A stretch of 63,911 bases of DNA, counting the filler, from Choristocarpus tenellus KU-1152 (Eukaryota > Protista > Phaeophyceae): NCBI GenBank assembly GCA_964200185.2. It is 12 parts of 12 records of this genome, joined end to end, with 100 filler letters (N's around TTAATTAATTAA, not from the genome) between each part and the next. Parts side by side here need not be neighbours in the genome. Positions count along the whole stretch, not along the records: positions 42,537 to 51,626 come from CAXNAD020003994.1; positions 51,727 to 56,574 come from CAXNAD020012809.1; positions 56,675 to 61,171 come from CAXNAD020014285.1; positions 61,272 to 63,911 come from CAXNAD020026046.1; 8 more parts are not named here. One strand, given 5' to 3'. Shown in pieces: positions 51,201-63,911 of this stretch; position 1 is the first letter of the stretch, and every line of letters starts with the position of its first letter. The translations under genes and the position numbers were made by a program. The notes under the pieces were generated by a model. It made no database searches. It worked only from the letters and a program-made list of their open reading frames with translations, and was not told where the DNA came from.

Positions 51201-51439
51201 AATCCTCTTCTACCCTGAAAAAATGAATACAGGCACACCCTCCCCTTCTCTATGTCATATTCTAGTCTGATCTTTAATGTTCTGCACCCACCACCTCACC
51301 CCCTGCTATACCTTCTCCTTTGACACACATTAGGACATATTTTTTTCTTCAGGGTGGTGCCAGGTAAGCAGAAAAGCCCTTTGATCTCCAACCCTCCATT
51401 CACCTGGACACAACTTATCCTCTTACCCTTCTCCTACCC

Positions 51440-51626
51440 GAGTGAAAGTATCTTAGAGGGTACGATTTTTCCCCTGTTTGTCCATTTAGGGCCTGGCTTC
51501 CCGTGGTCTCTTTTTATGACATTTTCCTACTCGAAAATGTTTCAGAGTAGGTAAAATGTATACGATATGAAAAGGTGTGTCCGGAACAAGGATATGACCC
51601 ACAGTATCTGGGAGGGGGGGGAGGGT
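51440..51626 (+). mobile_element. MITE family A left part interrupted by a family B/C end
   Basis: GAGTGAAAGTATCTTAGAGGG start; switches to GACCCACAGTATCTGGG near 51596. Confidence 0.85.
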
Positions 51627-52491
51627 NNNNNNNNNNNNNNNNNNNNNNNNNNNNNNNNNNNNNNNNNNNNTTAATTAATTAANNNNNNNNNNNNNNNNNN
51701 NNNNNNNNNNNNNNNNNNNNNNNNNNAAAAAAGGAGAGGAAGAAAAAATAAAGTGGTGGGGGGGGGGGGGGGGGGGGGGCCATGGAGCATGCCTCAGCAA
51801 TCACAAACACGCTTCCGTCCCAATTGCTAATGACAAATGGGGTATGGAACCAACCTTGATAGAGGAGACAGCAGCACTTAGTACATACCATGAAACACCT
51901 TGAATATCAATTTAGTGGTCCTGCCAAAAAAAAAACACCATAGGTTCCCTCAAACAACAAAAAGAAAATCCTCACACACACTCCCTTCCGATGTTTAGGT
52001 CACACCTATGTCTACATCTATTCGGAAGGACATCATGCATTTTCTCATGATGAAGCCATCTTCTGGTACTAAATAGCCAATGAACTGTCTCTATCATGTC
52101 ATACTACAAGCACCCTGACAAAATAGACAACTGCATGTACGGCTGAATACCACAACAAAACCAACCGTTGCTCTTCACTGGGGGGACCCTGCACTTCCTG
52201 TGTTCTAAAAAAAACAACACCAAGCTGCTTCAAAGTCCGCACTTGTTGACCTCCCCCTCTCCCGAGATCTCACTTGCGCAGAGCCTTCCAAAACTCGTTC
52301 CCAATCTTCCTCTTTCTTGTGGAACCTATCAAGCACAAATCCTCAAAGTGCGACAATCCCTCAGATGTCAACCCCGCTCAGTCCATTTCAGTTCCAAAAT
52401 CCTACCACAGATGTAACTCAACTTCAACGCAGATTACATGTCCCTGTCTCGCCCCACCCGCTGTAATCAACCCCTGCAACATGAGCCTCAC

Positions 52492-55400
52492 CTTTTGCAT
52501 CTGAATTCTCATTGTCTCCTGTAGTCTGAGTGTTTTGTCAGTGTAATCATGAAGAACATGAACATGTTCAGGCATTTTCTCAGCTGCCCGCTCTGCCAGC
52601 CCCTTCACTAGTAGGGGGTCCAGGTTGGCACCCACAGCAGCTGATGCTCTGGACAAAAACCTCCGAAGGTGTTTGGAGAGCAGGAGGGCAAACGTTGAGG
52701 CCTTGGGGCCAGAGAGTATGGCACCCCACATCTTGCGGGAGGTCAATACATTGGTTGCGAAGAACTCGGCAAAATCAGCAGCCACCTGTTGAAAAAACGA
52801 TGAAATGACAGGTTGAATGAGAGAAGCCTGTTCCACGGATCAAATGCGTCATCGACAATAAGCTCTTGAGGAATGAACTCGCTGTGAAAGCATGTGGTGC
52901 GGTGGATCTTCATAATGAACAAAACCCACATCCAACAAAGAGCACCTTGGATTGGTTCCCCATGCTGCACATGGTAGTAGGTATTTATCCACCGTGACCT
53001 GCCTGCACAATCGACCTCTCACCTTAGTCCTCTACCCCCTTGCCCACAAGACAGGCAACATGAACGGTAGCGGAACAGTAGTAGTGTTCAATACATCTCA
53101 AAAGTATGTCTCCCACTAGAGATACTTGCCATCAACAACTGAAGAATAACACACAGCCTCCTCCTACCTCTGCCACCTGAGTCAAGTCATGGAAGTACAC
53201 TGCGGTGAACATCAGCCCCTGCGCTCAACTCTATACACCTCCTTATCACAGGTATGCCAAGCCAAACGGTGGTAAATGGCAGTATCTGTGGTGAAAACAC
53301 TGACGCATTTGATTCTGTGGAACATTCTACAGTAAGTGTATTCTCATTGGTCACCTCATTCTGCCTCTTTAGGAAGAGTCCCTGGATATTGAATGGTCCC
53401 ACCCGAACAGGATCCACTGGCTCAAAGATCAGTTTTAGGGCGAGCCAGTTGGTCAGGTATCCAACCACCGCCCCCCCAGCAGGAAGGGTCCAAGGCTTGT
53501 CATACAGCAACCACACAAACATCTGAATCACACCAAGAAGAAATCCAAACCAAAGCCCACTGAGAAGATGGGGGCAGGGAGTGTATGCTAAGGGAGGTGA
53601 GGTTGAAGGCAGAAGTAGTCTCCAGTAGGTCAAAGAGTTGCATAACCCCGTACATGTGAGGTCTGGTCACCAGTGGGGATGGATCCTCTCGGACGTCCCT
53701 CCAGTTGTGATATCTCTGACTGGTCTCATATCAGCCTTACACCACGAATCTGACGACCTTTGAAGCACTTGCTTACAAGTCAAACACGTGTCAAGTGTGT
53801 TTCGCTTCACTACACATACAACACCAGTAGGTCCTACCAACTCTTCAAATCTTCAAATCTTCCCTGTGCAGCAGGGGATGTACTCTACTTCAAACCACGC
53901 AACAATTGAACTTTTTTTTTACTTTACTTGGGTGCTGGGCTAGGTGAGAGAGTCTGGACAAACATATCTCAATATAATTCAACATCACTAGGAGCTGCAG
54001 ACCCTAGGGGCTGTACTGTAAACAGGGTACAACTGTATATGGAGTATTGTCAAGGCACACATATCTGCTATCAGAGTAATGGGGTGGGGGGGGGGGGATA
54101 CGCATGGCACAGCAGAATATAATCCCATATCTACTGTGTCATTCTAGATTACTAGCATTACCAAATTTCCTGGTTTGCCACCACACCCAAGTACTGTGGA
54201 GAAACTAACAGCACACATTTCTGCCATTTCTGCCATTTAGAACATACCACAACGATGTTCCTTCATCAGTACAGAGACAAGCCACCATCCGTAAATGCAA
54301 ACACCACACTATTAATAATCAGACCTTTTTTGGGGGGGTACAGTCCTATACGTTGCCCACATAGAGACAAACAATCAAACGATACGTCCAACCTACGGCA
54401 TCCAAATAGCTCTACTGTGGGCAAGGGTGTGACTACAACGATCCTTTCAAACTTCACTAGGGGCGGGAAGGGAAAGATACCACCTGGTTAATATCTGCCA
54501 AATATAGATAAGTCAGACTTATGTAAAGATAGTTCGTTTGTCAAATATCCCCATTAGACTCAAAGGTATCCCTCACTCCCCCCCATTTCCTTGCTGATTG
54601 TATCTACCCCAACCACACACACAACAGAAAGTGGTCATGCATCAATACAATATGCTCACAGTACCTGTTGACAAGAAAACTGAACTCTGCCTTCCCACAC
54701 CGCTGGAACAGTCCCACAATCATCTCTTTATCCCTCACCATCTCACCAACCACAAGAGCCTTCAAGTCCAACACCTTGTCAGGAACACACCATAACAGGA
54801 TAGGGAGTCAGTCAGTCATACACAAAGATGCACAAAATTATACCCGGAAAAACTCATTCACAAAAGAGGAGTGCTACTGGTGACTTAAGGGGGTGGGGGG
54901 TGGGGGGGGCTGTTATTCATTGTGGTATCGGTCCATGGAGGATGGGGATACAAGAGATGCNNNNNNNNNNTCAGATCTGTGGACAGAAGGAAACATATTG
55001 AGCGGAATATTACACTGAATAGAGCGTTGAGTAGTGGAGGGGCTGTTATTCATTGTGGTATCGGTCCATGGAGGATGGGGATACAAGAGATGCTTGTATA
55101 GGTGTGGAGATCATGGACCATGTACCTTTACTAGTGTTGACTACACTAACAGCTCAAGTTGAAACATGTGATAAAGAACAGATGAGTTTTTGCAATGCAA
55201 GAAAGCAGGGCTTTTGAAAACCACATCCCAGAAAAGTCCAGGTGATGCATAGAAGCAGCCCAGGATAAAATCAAACGAGAGCAATAGTACAACACAGTAG
55301 GCAAGACTGTAGAAGACATGGTCCTATCCCATGTAACACTTTGTGGTAACGTATCAGCAGGTGATGTGCTTCCATTGGGTATTGGGTGTGTCAAGAAGTA

Positions 55401-56491
55401 AGGGCTGGTCTGGTCCACCATAGTCAGTGCATTTCAAGAAATAACACACACCCAAGGACAAAGTCACACCTAACAAGCAAATGCCTTCCATACTTGTTCC
55501 AATCCGCAAAATCCCCAGTCCAATCAAAAGACAGCACAAAAATGCAACTCCCACTGCGCTGAACAGTCCCTCCTTTGTCTCACCTCCTTGATGTGTTTCT
55601 GCATGTCCTTGGTCAGATCCACCAGCATACGCCGGCGAAGGCCCTTTAGCTCATCCACCTTACATGTCACATGAGGGAAGCACACCATTTTGACGTACAA
55701 CACCACCAGCCCCAGGGCATACACATGTTTGATGAGCACCAATGACACCCACAGGAGAGGCAGCAGACTTGATGGTGTGGACAAGTGACCCGAGAAAAGC
55801 TTTCTACACAACTAACTATACAGCTAGCACTGCATTCACAGACATGATTGCAAACAGGGTTCAGGTCTAGAGGTATGCTGAGGTTTGGGGCTGCATTGGG
55901 GTGGGGCATCGTCAGACCAATAGTGAGGTTTTTTCGCAGGCACAAATATTATTGAGGGCAGGGTTGGGGTTGGAGATAGGATGGATTACACTGCAAGTAT
56001 GACTGGGGCATTGGGTGAATGGGTACTTGTTTTGGTTCAATTTCATGTTTGTTACAGTCCTCAGGCAAGGAGCATGATTGGGCCTTATCTGCCACAGTGC
56101 ATGGCAGTTTCAAATCGTACATGGCAGTCGAATGAGCGTTTGCACTCTTTAACCCCAATATATGTTTGCAGATTCAGAGGGCTGTGGGAGCAGAAGGGGG
56201 GGATGGAATTATCATCGCAAAGGGTTACAGTGTAGCCGCATTCCGTTGCAGAAAATAACCAAGCTACTGAGTGTTTGGGAGAAGGGTGCACAAGAAGAGG
56301 AAGCTCCCGGAGCACACAGGACATGGCAGGAACGCTTCACCCACCACTTGTGATGGAAGCTTGGAGGAAAGTCCCTGAGGTAGCCAGAGGAGCTTGCCTG
56401 GGAGCAGGTCTGCAAACAAGCCTTCTGCAATCTGGTTTACCTCCGGACTGAGCAACCTCGATACCTGGGACGGTGAAAGCCTCCGAAAAAC
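52492..56491 (-). CDS. DUF445-family membrane protein, internal part; exons 56345-56491, 55584-55658, 54665-54774, 53355-53559, 52492-52785
   Basis: Spliced peptide VFRRLSP...VLDLKALVV...LFQRCGKAEFSFLVNSGLWFGFLLGVIQM...GAVVGYLTNWLALKLIFEP...QGLFLKRQNEVAADFA; phases consistent. Confidence 0.82.
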
Positions 56492-56859
56492 CTATGGTGT
56501 GGTATGGTGTGGTATGGTGTGGTATGGTGTACCAGGTGTTCAGTGTACCAACTACATGTATCTACACACGTAAGNNNNNNNNNNNNNNNNNNNNNNNNNN
56601 NNNNNNNNNNNNNNNNNNTTAATTAATTAANNNNNNNNNNNNNNNNNNNNNNNNNNNNNNNNNNNNNNNNNNNNAGCTCCAGGGCATCATTGTTGGCGGG
56701 CTTATGAGGGGGCAACACGGGGGGCGGCGCAGGCAACAAAAGCCACCCCTTTGCTGTGGGAGCAACTATCATGGTGTTTTCGGGCAACAGGCGGTCTTGG
56801 GCAGTGAGAAGGTCTAGGAGTGAATTGAATTCTAAGCCGGGCGTATGAACGATGTTTGA

Positions 56860-57620
56860 GCTTCGGGCAATCCGTGGGACCACCCTGAGATCCATGATTA
56901 GGAAAAAACGTGCAGTAGGTTTTTTAGTAATTGTAAATCCGATTTTATCCGTAATTTCAATAAATAATAATACTAAGAACATACTTAATTGATCTTGTAC
57001 GTTTCCAATGTTCCGAAACCAAAAGGTTAAAAAAAAATGACAACCTCTAATTGTTTTAAGTACGAAATCTTATATTGTTCGACAGTTGTATTTTTAAAGA
57101 TACAAATTTCGACAAAAAGCGGTTTTTGAGTTTTGGGCCATCCGTCGGACCACCCGAAACCCTTGAACCGCCAAATCACATGCATGAGGGTTTTTAGAAA
57201 TTGTACATCCGGTTTTACCCGTTCTTACAATTAAAAAAAATACAAAGCACGTACTTTATTGTCTCATACGTTTCCAATGTTCCGAAACTAAAAGGTCACT
57301 TTCAACTAGTACCCTATAATTGTTTTAAATACTAAAACCGCTTTTAGAGTTTCGGGCGATCCGTCGGACCACCCGAAACCCTTGAACCGCCAAAATACGT
57401 GCATTAGGGTTTTTACGAAATAATAAAAATATTCTATTCTTCACATCGACAAATAAAAATAAAAACCGCATACTTTATTGATGTAATATGTTTGAAACGT
57501 ACCGAAGCGAAAAGGTCACAAAAAACTGACACTCTCTATCTGTTTTAAATATGAGATCGTATACTGTTCAACATTCGTATTTTTTAGAATACAATTATCA
57601 ACGGAAAGAGAAATCTGAGT
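56860..57620 (+). repeat. Tandem repeat family R-B, about 220-270-bp unit x3
   Basis: Landmarks GGC.ATCCGT.GGACCACCC at about 56865, 57135, 57355 and CGTTTCCAATGTTCCGAAAC at 57000 and 57269. Confidence 0.9.
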
Positions 57621-59421
57621 TCTTTGGGGACCGATGGACCATATGAAGTCAAGCAGTTTTGTCAGCCCTCACTCCTCATTTCCATTCCTTCCCTTCCGCA
57701 CATACCACCAGCAGCTCTTACTTATCTATCCCCATCACACCTTCCCAATCTTTGCCATGTCCAACATTCGCTCAACAACGACCCCCCTGCGCGCCATTGG
57801 CGCTGCCCACGGATCGAGAGCATCGTACAGCAATGCCAAGGGCATGTCCTTGATCCTCAAACATCACTACCTCGGCACGTACAAGATAAAACTCGGCAAC
57901 ATCACATGCACGGAGATGGTACGTCCCCTGAGCAAGCGTGGCCTTGCGTGCGTCAGCAAGTCCATGCGTGAAAAAGTCTGGCTCGAGCAGTTTGCTCCGT
58001 CCGTCTTCATAAGAGTAATGACCGCCTGACTCTTCCGATCAACTAAGCAACTAAGTAAGTTGAGTGTTGTCATTGTTCCATGATCGCTTGATGACTCTTC
58101 TCATCTACCAATTTGTTGTGCCGTGTTTCCTTTGTTTGGTTCATCCTCAGTCAGCCTGTTGTTGATCTTTTCGTTGTTGATCTTTTTTATCCCTCGTAGT
58201 CTTCCTGGCGGCAGCAACATGTTGCTCACTACTGCCTGCCGCTTGTGTCCCGCGATCGCCTCCCACCTACTCTTTGCCCCGTTCGCCCACTGCAGCACCA
58301 CGCTTGTAGCATTCAACGACGCGACTGAGAGTGTGGTTGAGCGCACGCTGTACGATAAGGTATATTTTCAGCACGAGCTCGAAGAAGCTATCAAGCGACA
58401 GACGAAGAAAAAAGAAGTGTCACTAGCAGAGATCCGCAAAATGTACAAAAAGGTGAGGGAGTTGTCAACATTGGTGGGATGGTGGTGCTCTACTCCTCCT
58501 CTTGTTAGGTTACAGCTGTTGTGAAATCTCTCTGTGTCCTCTTACTCAACCTAAGTTGAGATAGTTATCCCGCGTTTAGCAACCCTGTCAACCAAATTCT
58601 TTGTTTTCGGGTGACCATGTAGTATGTGTGTGTTCAAAATCACAGACGAAGTGAACAGTTCTTTCTTTCAGCACTAGGTAGGCCAGGCCACTGAGTATCA
58701 TACCGCCTCCCCCCCCCCTCCCCCGGGTAAGGTCCACTTCTTGCCCGGACCGTTGCGGTGTTGCCTGAATTAATAAACACACAATGCGTAATTTTGCGAA
58801 CTAAACCCTCTCCTCCGTGGGCAACCACATGCTGTGTCTGTGTTGTATGCACACGAACAATAAAAAACGTTCTTGCTTTTTTTATCGTTAGGCCAGGCCG
58901 CTGAAGAACATCCCCCCCCCCACTCATACATAACCCGTTGGCGTGGTAATAACGATGCTTCATCCTGGCTGGCTGAGTGCCTAATATTTTTCATTTTCTG
59001 CCCATCGTGAAGGTGGGCGTTACTCCCCGCCGAAAACAACTCTACGAAACTGGCAGCAAGGCGTAAAGTCCCTTCAACCAGAGTCCTTCAAGGTACTGAA
59101 GGAAGTGTGTGAGACCTTGTCACCACAGGTTGACCGCAATGTGGTCACACTGAGCTATCTGAGTCGCGAGGAGTTTGCCGGCTTCACTTCTCTCAAGCAG
59201 GGGCTATGCATCCGTCTGCTTGCGAGGCAAGTCAAACCACCACTGTGTTTTTATCGTGTAGATAGCAGTAAGCGACATGTGTGTCGGTCGCAGCACCTTG
59301 TACAGGAACGTTCGATAAATGTCTCCTACGATGAAGAATGTAGTCGGCCATTGCTGTATCGAATGACGAACCGTTGGTAGTACTGTGGAAAGACTACCTG
59401 CAGTGTGTGTTTCCTGTGTAT

Positions 59422-59680
59422 GAGCAAAAATATCTTAGAGGGTAGGACCACGTCCATTTGGGGACCTAAATCAAATGCTCCGATTTTGATGTAATTTTGG
59501 CTGTCGTGTTTGTTGGGCAGTGTCACTACCCTTGTTCTGGACACACCTTTTCATAACGTATACATTTTACTTACTACAAAACGTTTTGGAGTGGGAAAAT
59601 GTCATAAGAAAACCCATGGGAAGTCAAACCTCAAACGGACAAATAGGGAAAAACTCGTACCTTCTAAGATATTTTCACTC
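59422..59680 (-). mobile_element. MITE family A, full-length, intronic
   Basis: Both TIRs present; TSD not exact. Confidence 0.9.
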
Positions 59681-60279
59681 TATGTGTGCTCTTGTCTTTT
59701 CTGAACTATTACAATCGTTCCATAGAATATTTTCTGCAGCGGCGACCCTTTATTCATCATCACCTGCGCATCGTTCTCGTTGGCGACCTTCATTACCATT
59801 CTATTTTTGCAGGTACAATTCGTTCAACGGGAAGACTCCTGCGGCGAGGGACTACAAGGAGATCGAATCGGACGCGCACATGTCCGAGATGCTTATCTCG
59901 TGCACCAGGCAGATTGTACCCAAGGAGAAGTGGACAGCAGAGCTCCAAAGGTTGGTAAAAGGTGTAGTTGCAGTTGTTCTCTTTTTTTTTTTTCCTTTTC
60001 CGTATATCCTGCGCACCCGTACGTCGCCATGCGCCCCTCAATTGTAAAATTTGCTGTCAGCGTCTTGTTCGGCACCGCACTGATTGATTGTTGCAAAACT
60101 GCTCTGAACTTCGGACGTTACATAAATGATGCACGGGCTGCCAGGGAAATGGACAGGCTCGCATTTGAGAAATGCAATATGCACGAGGTCTGGGTCAAGC
60201 CCCACCACGAGGAGAGGAAGAAGGAGGTGGCCCAACTTCTGCAGAAGGTTTCATCTGGCGACCAACAAGCGGGGCCCAT

Positions 60280-60539
60280 GAGTGAAAGTATCTTAGAGGG
60301 TACCAGTTTTGCCCTATCTGTCCATTTGGGGCTTGGCTTCCCTCGGGGTTATTATGACATTTTCCTACTCGAAAATATATTTCAGAGTAGGTAAAATGTA
60401 TTTGTTATGAAAAGGTGTGTTTGGAACAAGGATATTGACACTTCTTAACAAACACGATAGCCAAAATTACATCGAAATCGCAACATTGGATTATGACCCC
60501 CAAATGGACGCGGCTCTACCCTCTAAGATACTTTGGCTC
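60280..60539 (+). mobile_element. MITE family A, full-length, in coding sequence
   Basis: Both TIRs present; no TSD (CCAT / GGTG), suggesting an adjacent deletion. Confidence 0.92.
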
Positions 60540-61621
60540 GGTGGAAAGGGGGAAGGTCGCAACGTATGGAGGGGCGCAGGCGATTCTGCCATGGAAGACG
60601 ACCCGGAGTATGTCAGCAACACAAAGGAGGACGAGGAGGAAGAAGAAGATGGGTTAGGGTGTGATACAGAGAAGGATGAAGGGGCTGATGAATAGGAGTA
60701 AGAAGATAATCGGGACGGGGGGCGGGAAGGAGGGAGGAGGGGGGTGAGAGGCGGGTGGGCGCACACGTTGGCAAAGTAATGATTGACCAATGGCAAACAG
60801 AGGATACAGGAGTGTTTTTTGTTGATGATGTCTCGTTCGTCCAGTACTTAGTTCAAGCAGGTTGTTCGTGTGTCTCTAGAATTCCCGGTAACATGCTTAC
60901 GAGAGTCGGCGCCCATTATTGCTTTGGTGACGTGCAGAACTTCTTGCGGTGGCAGGGGGAGGAGGGGTACAACGAATGAGCAGCAATATTAAAAAAGTGA
61001 TGTTTTCTTTTATTTTATGTGATGCAAGATTTTTTAAACTATATTTCAGCCCTGGGCTGTTGTGGTCTTATTCTCCCTCTCCCTGTTCTTCTCTTGCGAT
61101 GTATTACAAGTCCAACAACTTGCACGAGAAAATAGATAAATGCAGATCGGCTTATCGGACAGACAGGGTGGNNNNNNNNNNNNNNNNNNNNNNNNNNNNN
61201 NNNNNNNNNNNNNNNTTAATTAATTAANNNNNNNNNNNNNNNNNNNNNNNNNNNNNNNNNNNNNNNNNNNNGGTATCCTCATGCTTGAAGTATGTGCAGT
61301 ATGAGATGATACAGATATAGAGGAGGGGAGAAGTGCAGGGGGGAAGTGCAGGGGGGAGAGAGGAGAGGTGCCTACTAATCAGCCTTCCACCTGGCATCAT
61401 CACTAGGCCCAGAAGTTATGAAGGCTTTTTTTTTATAGATAATGCACTAGACAGAACACAGCCGTTGGCCACTTCTATGGGGATCTGTGACAGTGCCCCC
61501 CCCCCCCCCCCCCCCTCCCTTTCCTTCTCTCTTTCTTTCCTTTTTATTTTCTAGGNNNNNNNNNNCCCCCCCCCCCCCTCCCTCCCTTCCATGAACTTTT
61601 TCTTGACTGGAATATGACAAG

Positions 61622-62712
<1,091 letters not shown>

Positions 62713-63832
62713 ATTCTCTCTTCCAATTTATTTGCACTATTTACGCCTTGAAATGCACTACTTTCAATCAAAGCATGGAAATCGTGTATGCATACTGTTC
62801 ACAAGTACGTCGTTGCAAAGAGGTTCTTCCGTTGTCTGTCATGACTTGTTCTTGCGGCGCGGTAGTTGTTGTTGTTTGCTCGTATTGACGTGAAGACCAC
62901 GTGTTGAGCAAAGGCCGGACTCATCATGACTTAGTCCATTCCTCTGGGCAGTGCTAATCCTTACAAGTGTCACAGAAAGTGTTAATATTTCGAAGAAGCT
63001 TGGATTAGACTGAACAGAAAATCATTGTGTGCAATATTTCTATTAAGCGTGAGATATACTTACACCATAAAAATTACATTGCTTACATCCCCTGGTAATG
63101 TACTGGAGTTAGACAGCTAGACTATAACAAATAGGTGGCGTGGCCCTCCCTTGTCATGGAGGCAATGTGTACGAAGGGGCTCAGGTATGATGTAACTCCT
63201 CTACGATTGTCAACGTGATATATCAACTGCGAGTGCAAATAGTTTCGAACGTACCTCTGTATTGGACTTGGGTATTGAATAGAATGAATGAGGTTGTTGA
63301 ATGTTAGATTTCAGAGAGATGAAATCGTGGAAAGTGAAATCTTCTGAGAAGAAAATTTGACCTCGACTAAGCTCGAACCCGGTCATCGCGGGATTCTCAT
63401 GACGAAATGGTGTCACAGTACTATCTTCTGAGGTGCATGGAAACCTCTGTTGGACATATCAATACCTAAAATGCGTCAACCACAACCTGACTACCATAAT
63501 ACCACTACTGTTACAGCCCTATCGTTCAACAAGGAGAGAGAGTCGTTCCATATGGTTGTTGATACAATCTGTTAGGCTAACACGACTTACTAACTTAGTA
63601 ACGTATTGACATGTAAGTAATCGATTCGACTCCACTCCTCAGTAATTCAGGTGACTTCTTTGAAAACTAGTGTACCCACCTATCATTTATATTTATGCCC
63701 TCTGACACTTTGTAGATGTGTCAGGGAAAAGGCAAAACCAGTATCATCACAAGGACCCCTGTAAAAGTAGGAGTTGCTGTAGATGTGAAAGATTTCTCTC
63801 CAAAAACATTCACAATTTGAGTACCCACACCT

Positions 63833-63911
63833 GACCCAAAGTATCTGGGGGGGGGGGCTTCACCAAAGTGTCCATTTGGACCAATACCAGGAAAAGTGCA
63901 CTTTCATTATC
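63833..63911 (-). mobile_element. MITE family B end, cut by window end
   Basis: GACCCAAAGTATCT-Gn...GTGTCCATTTGG...CCAGGAAAAGTGCAC. Confidence 0.75.

Larger units (their letters stand above)
57757..60980 (+). pseudogene. Multi-exon ParB-N + HTH-like protein pseudogene (family B); exons about 57757-58050, 58310-58452, 59013-59226, 59813-59950, 60061 onward
   Basis: IKLGNI...VRPLSKRGLACVSKSMREKVWL...PSV, a relict SNDRLTL (GNHR-like, shifted frame, 58014), AFNDATESVVERTLYDK, then SLAEIRKMYKKVG...KTTLRNW...L (HTH-like). Disabled by frameshifts and a MITE at 60280. Confidence 0.5.

Noticed and set aside
48480-51215. Possible further exons or Copia gag/protease remnants upstream of the CFAP44 exons
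   Set aside because: Short candidate exons (about 50905-51017 and 51195-51214) and weak motifs could not be linked to any family with confidence.
42437-56574. CFAP44 and DUF445 as neighbours or a single gene
   Set aside because: They are separated by an artificial linker and belong to different contigs.
63340-63440. tRNA or tRNA-derived SINE (GGTTCGAGC B-box-like, minus strand)
   Set aside because: No cloverleaf or convincing A-box, and no second copy in the window.

Overview
Eukaryotic genomic DNA that is not one locus: 12 short contigs are joined by artificial 100-nt linkers (44 N + TTAATTAATTAA + 44 N), so adjacency across linkers means nothing. Long GT-AG introns, a flagellar gene, SBBP-type propeller repeats and the TE types suggest an ochrophyte, possibly a brown alga (inference). 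Host genes reconstructed by hand from phase-consistent exons are a Dispatched/Patched-family transporter (3' part), CFAP44, a DUF445 membrane protein, an SBBP beta-propeller protein and PRMT1. Most of the rest is mobile DNA: a CRE-clade non-LTR RT, Copia LTRs and decayed pol fragments, and at least three related MITE families with G(A/G)NNNAAAGTA termini, one of which shows 4-bp TSDs (Sola2-like). The most unusual signal is three intron-containing, decayed genes with a ParB/Srx-like fold. Two are paralogs carrying NGQHR/NVQHR, and the third is a distinct ParB-N + HTH gene. Each lies shortly downstream of a long-period, palindrome-containing tandem array, which may indicate an uncharacterised 'ParB + array' class of large mobile element. 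All protein assignments are motif recognition by eye; no database search was run.
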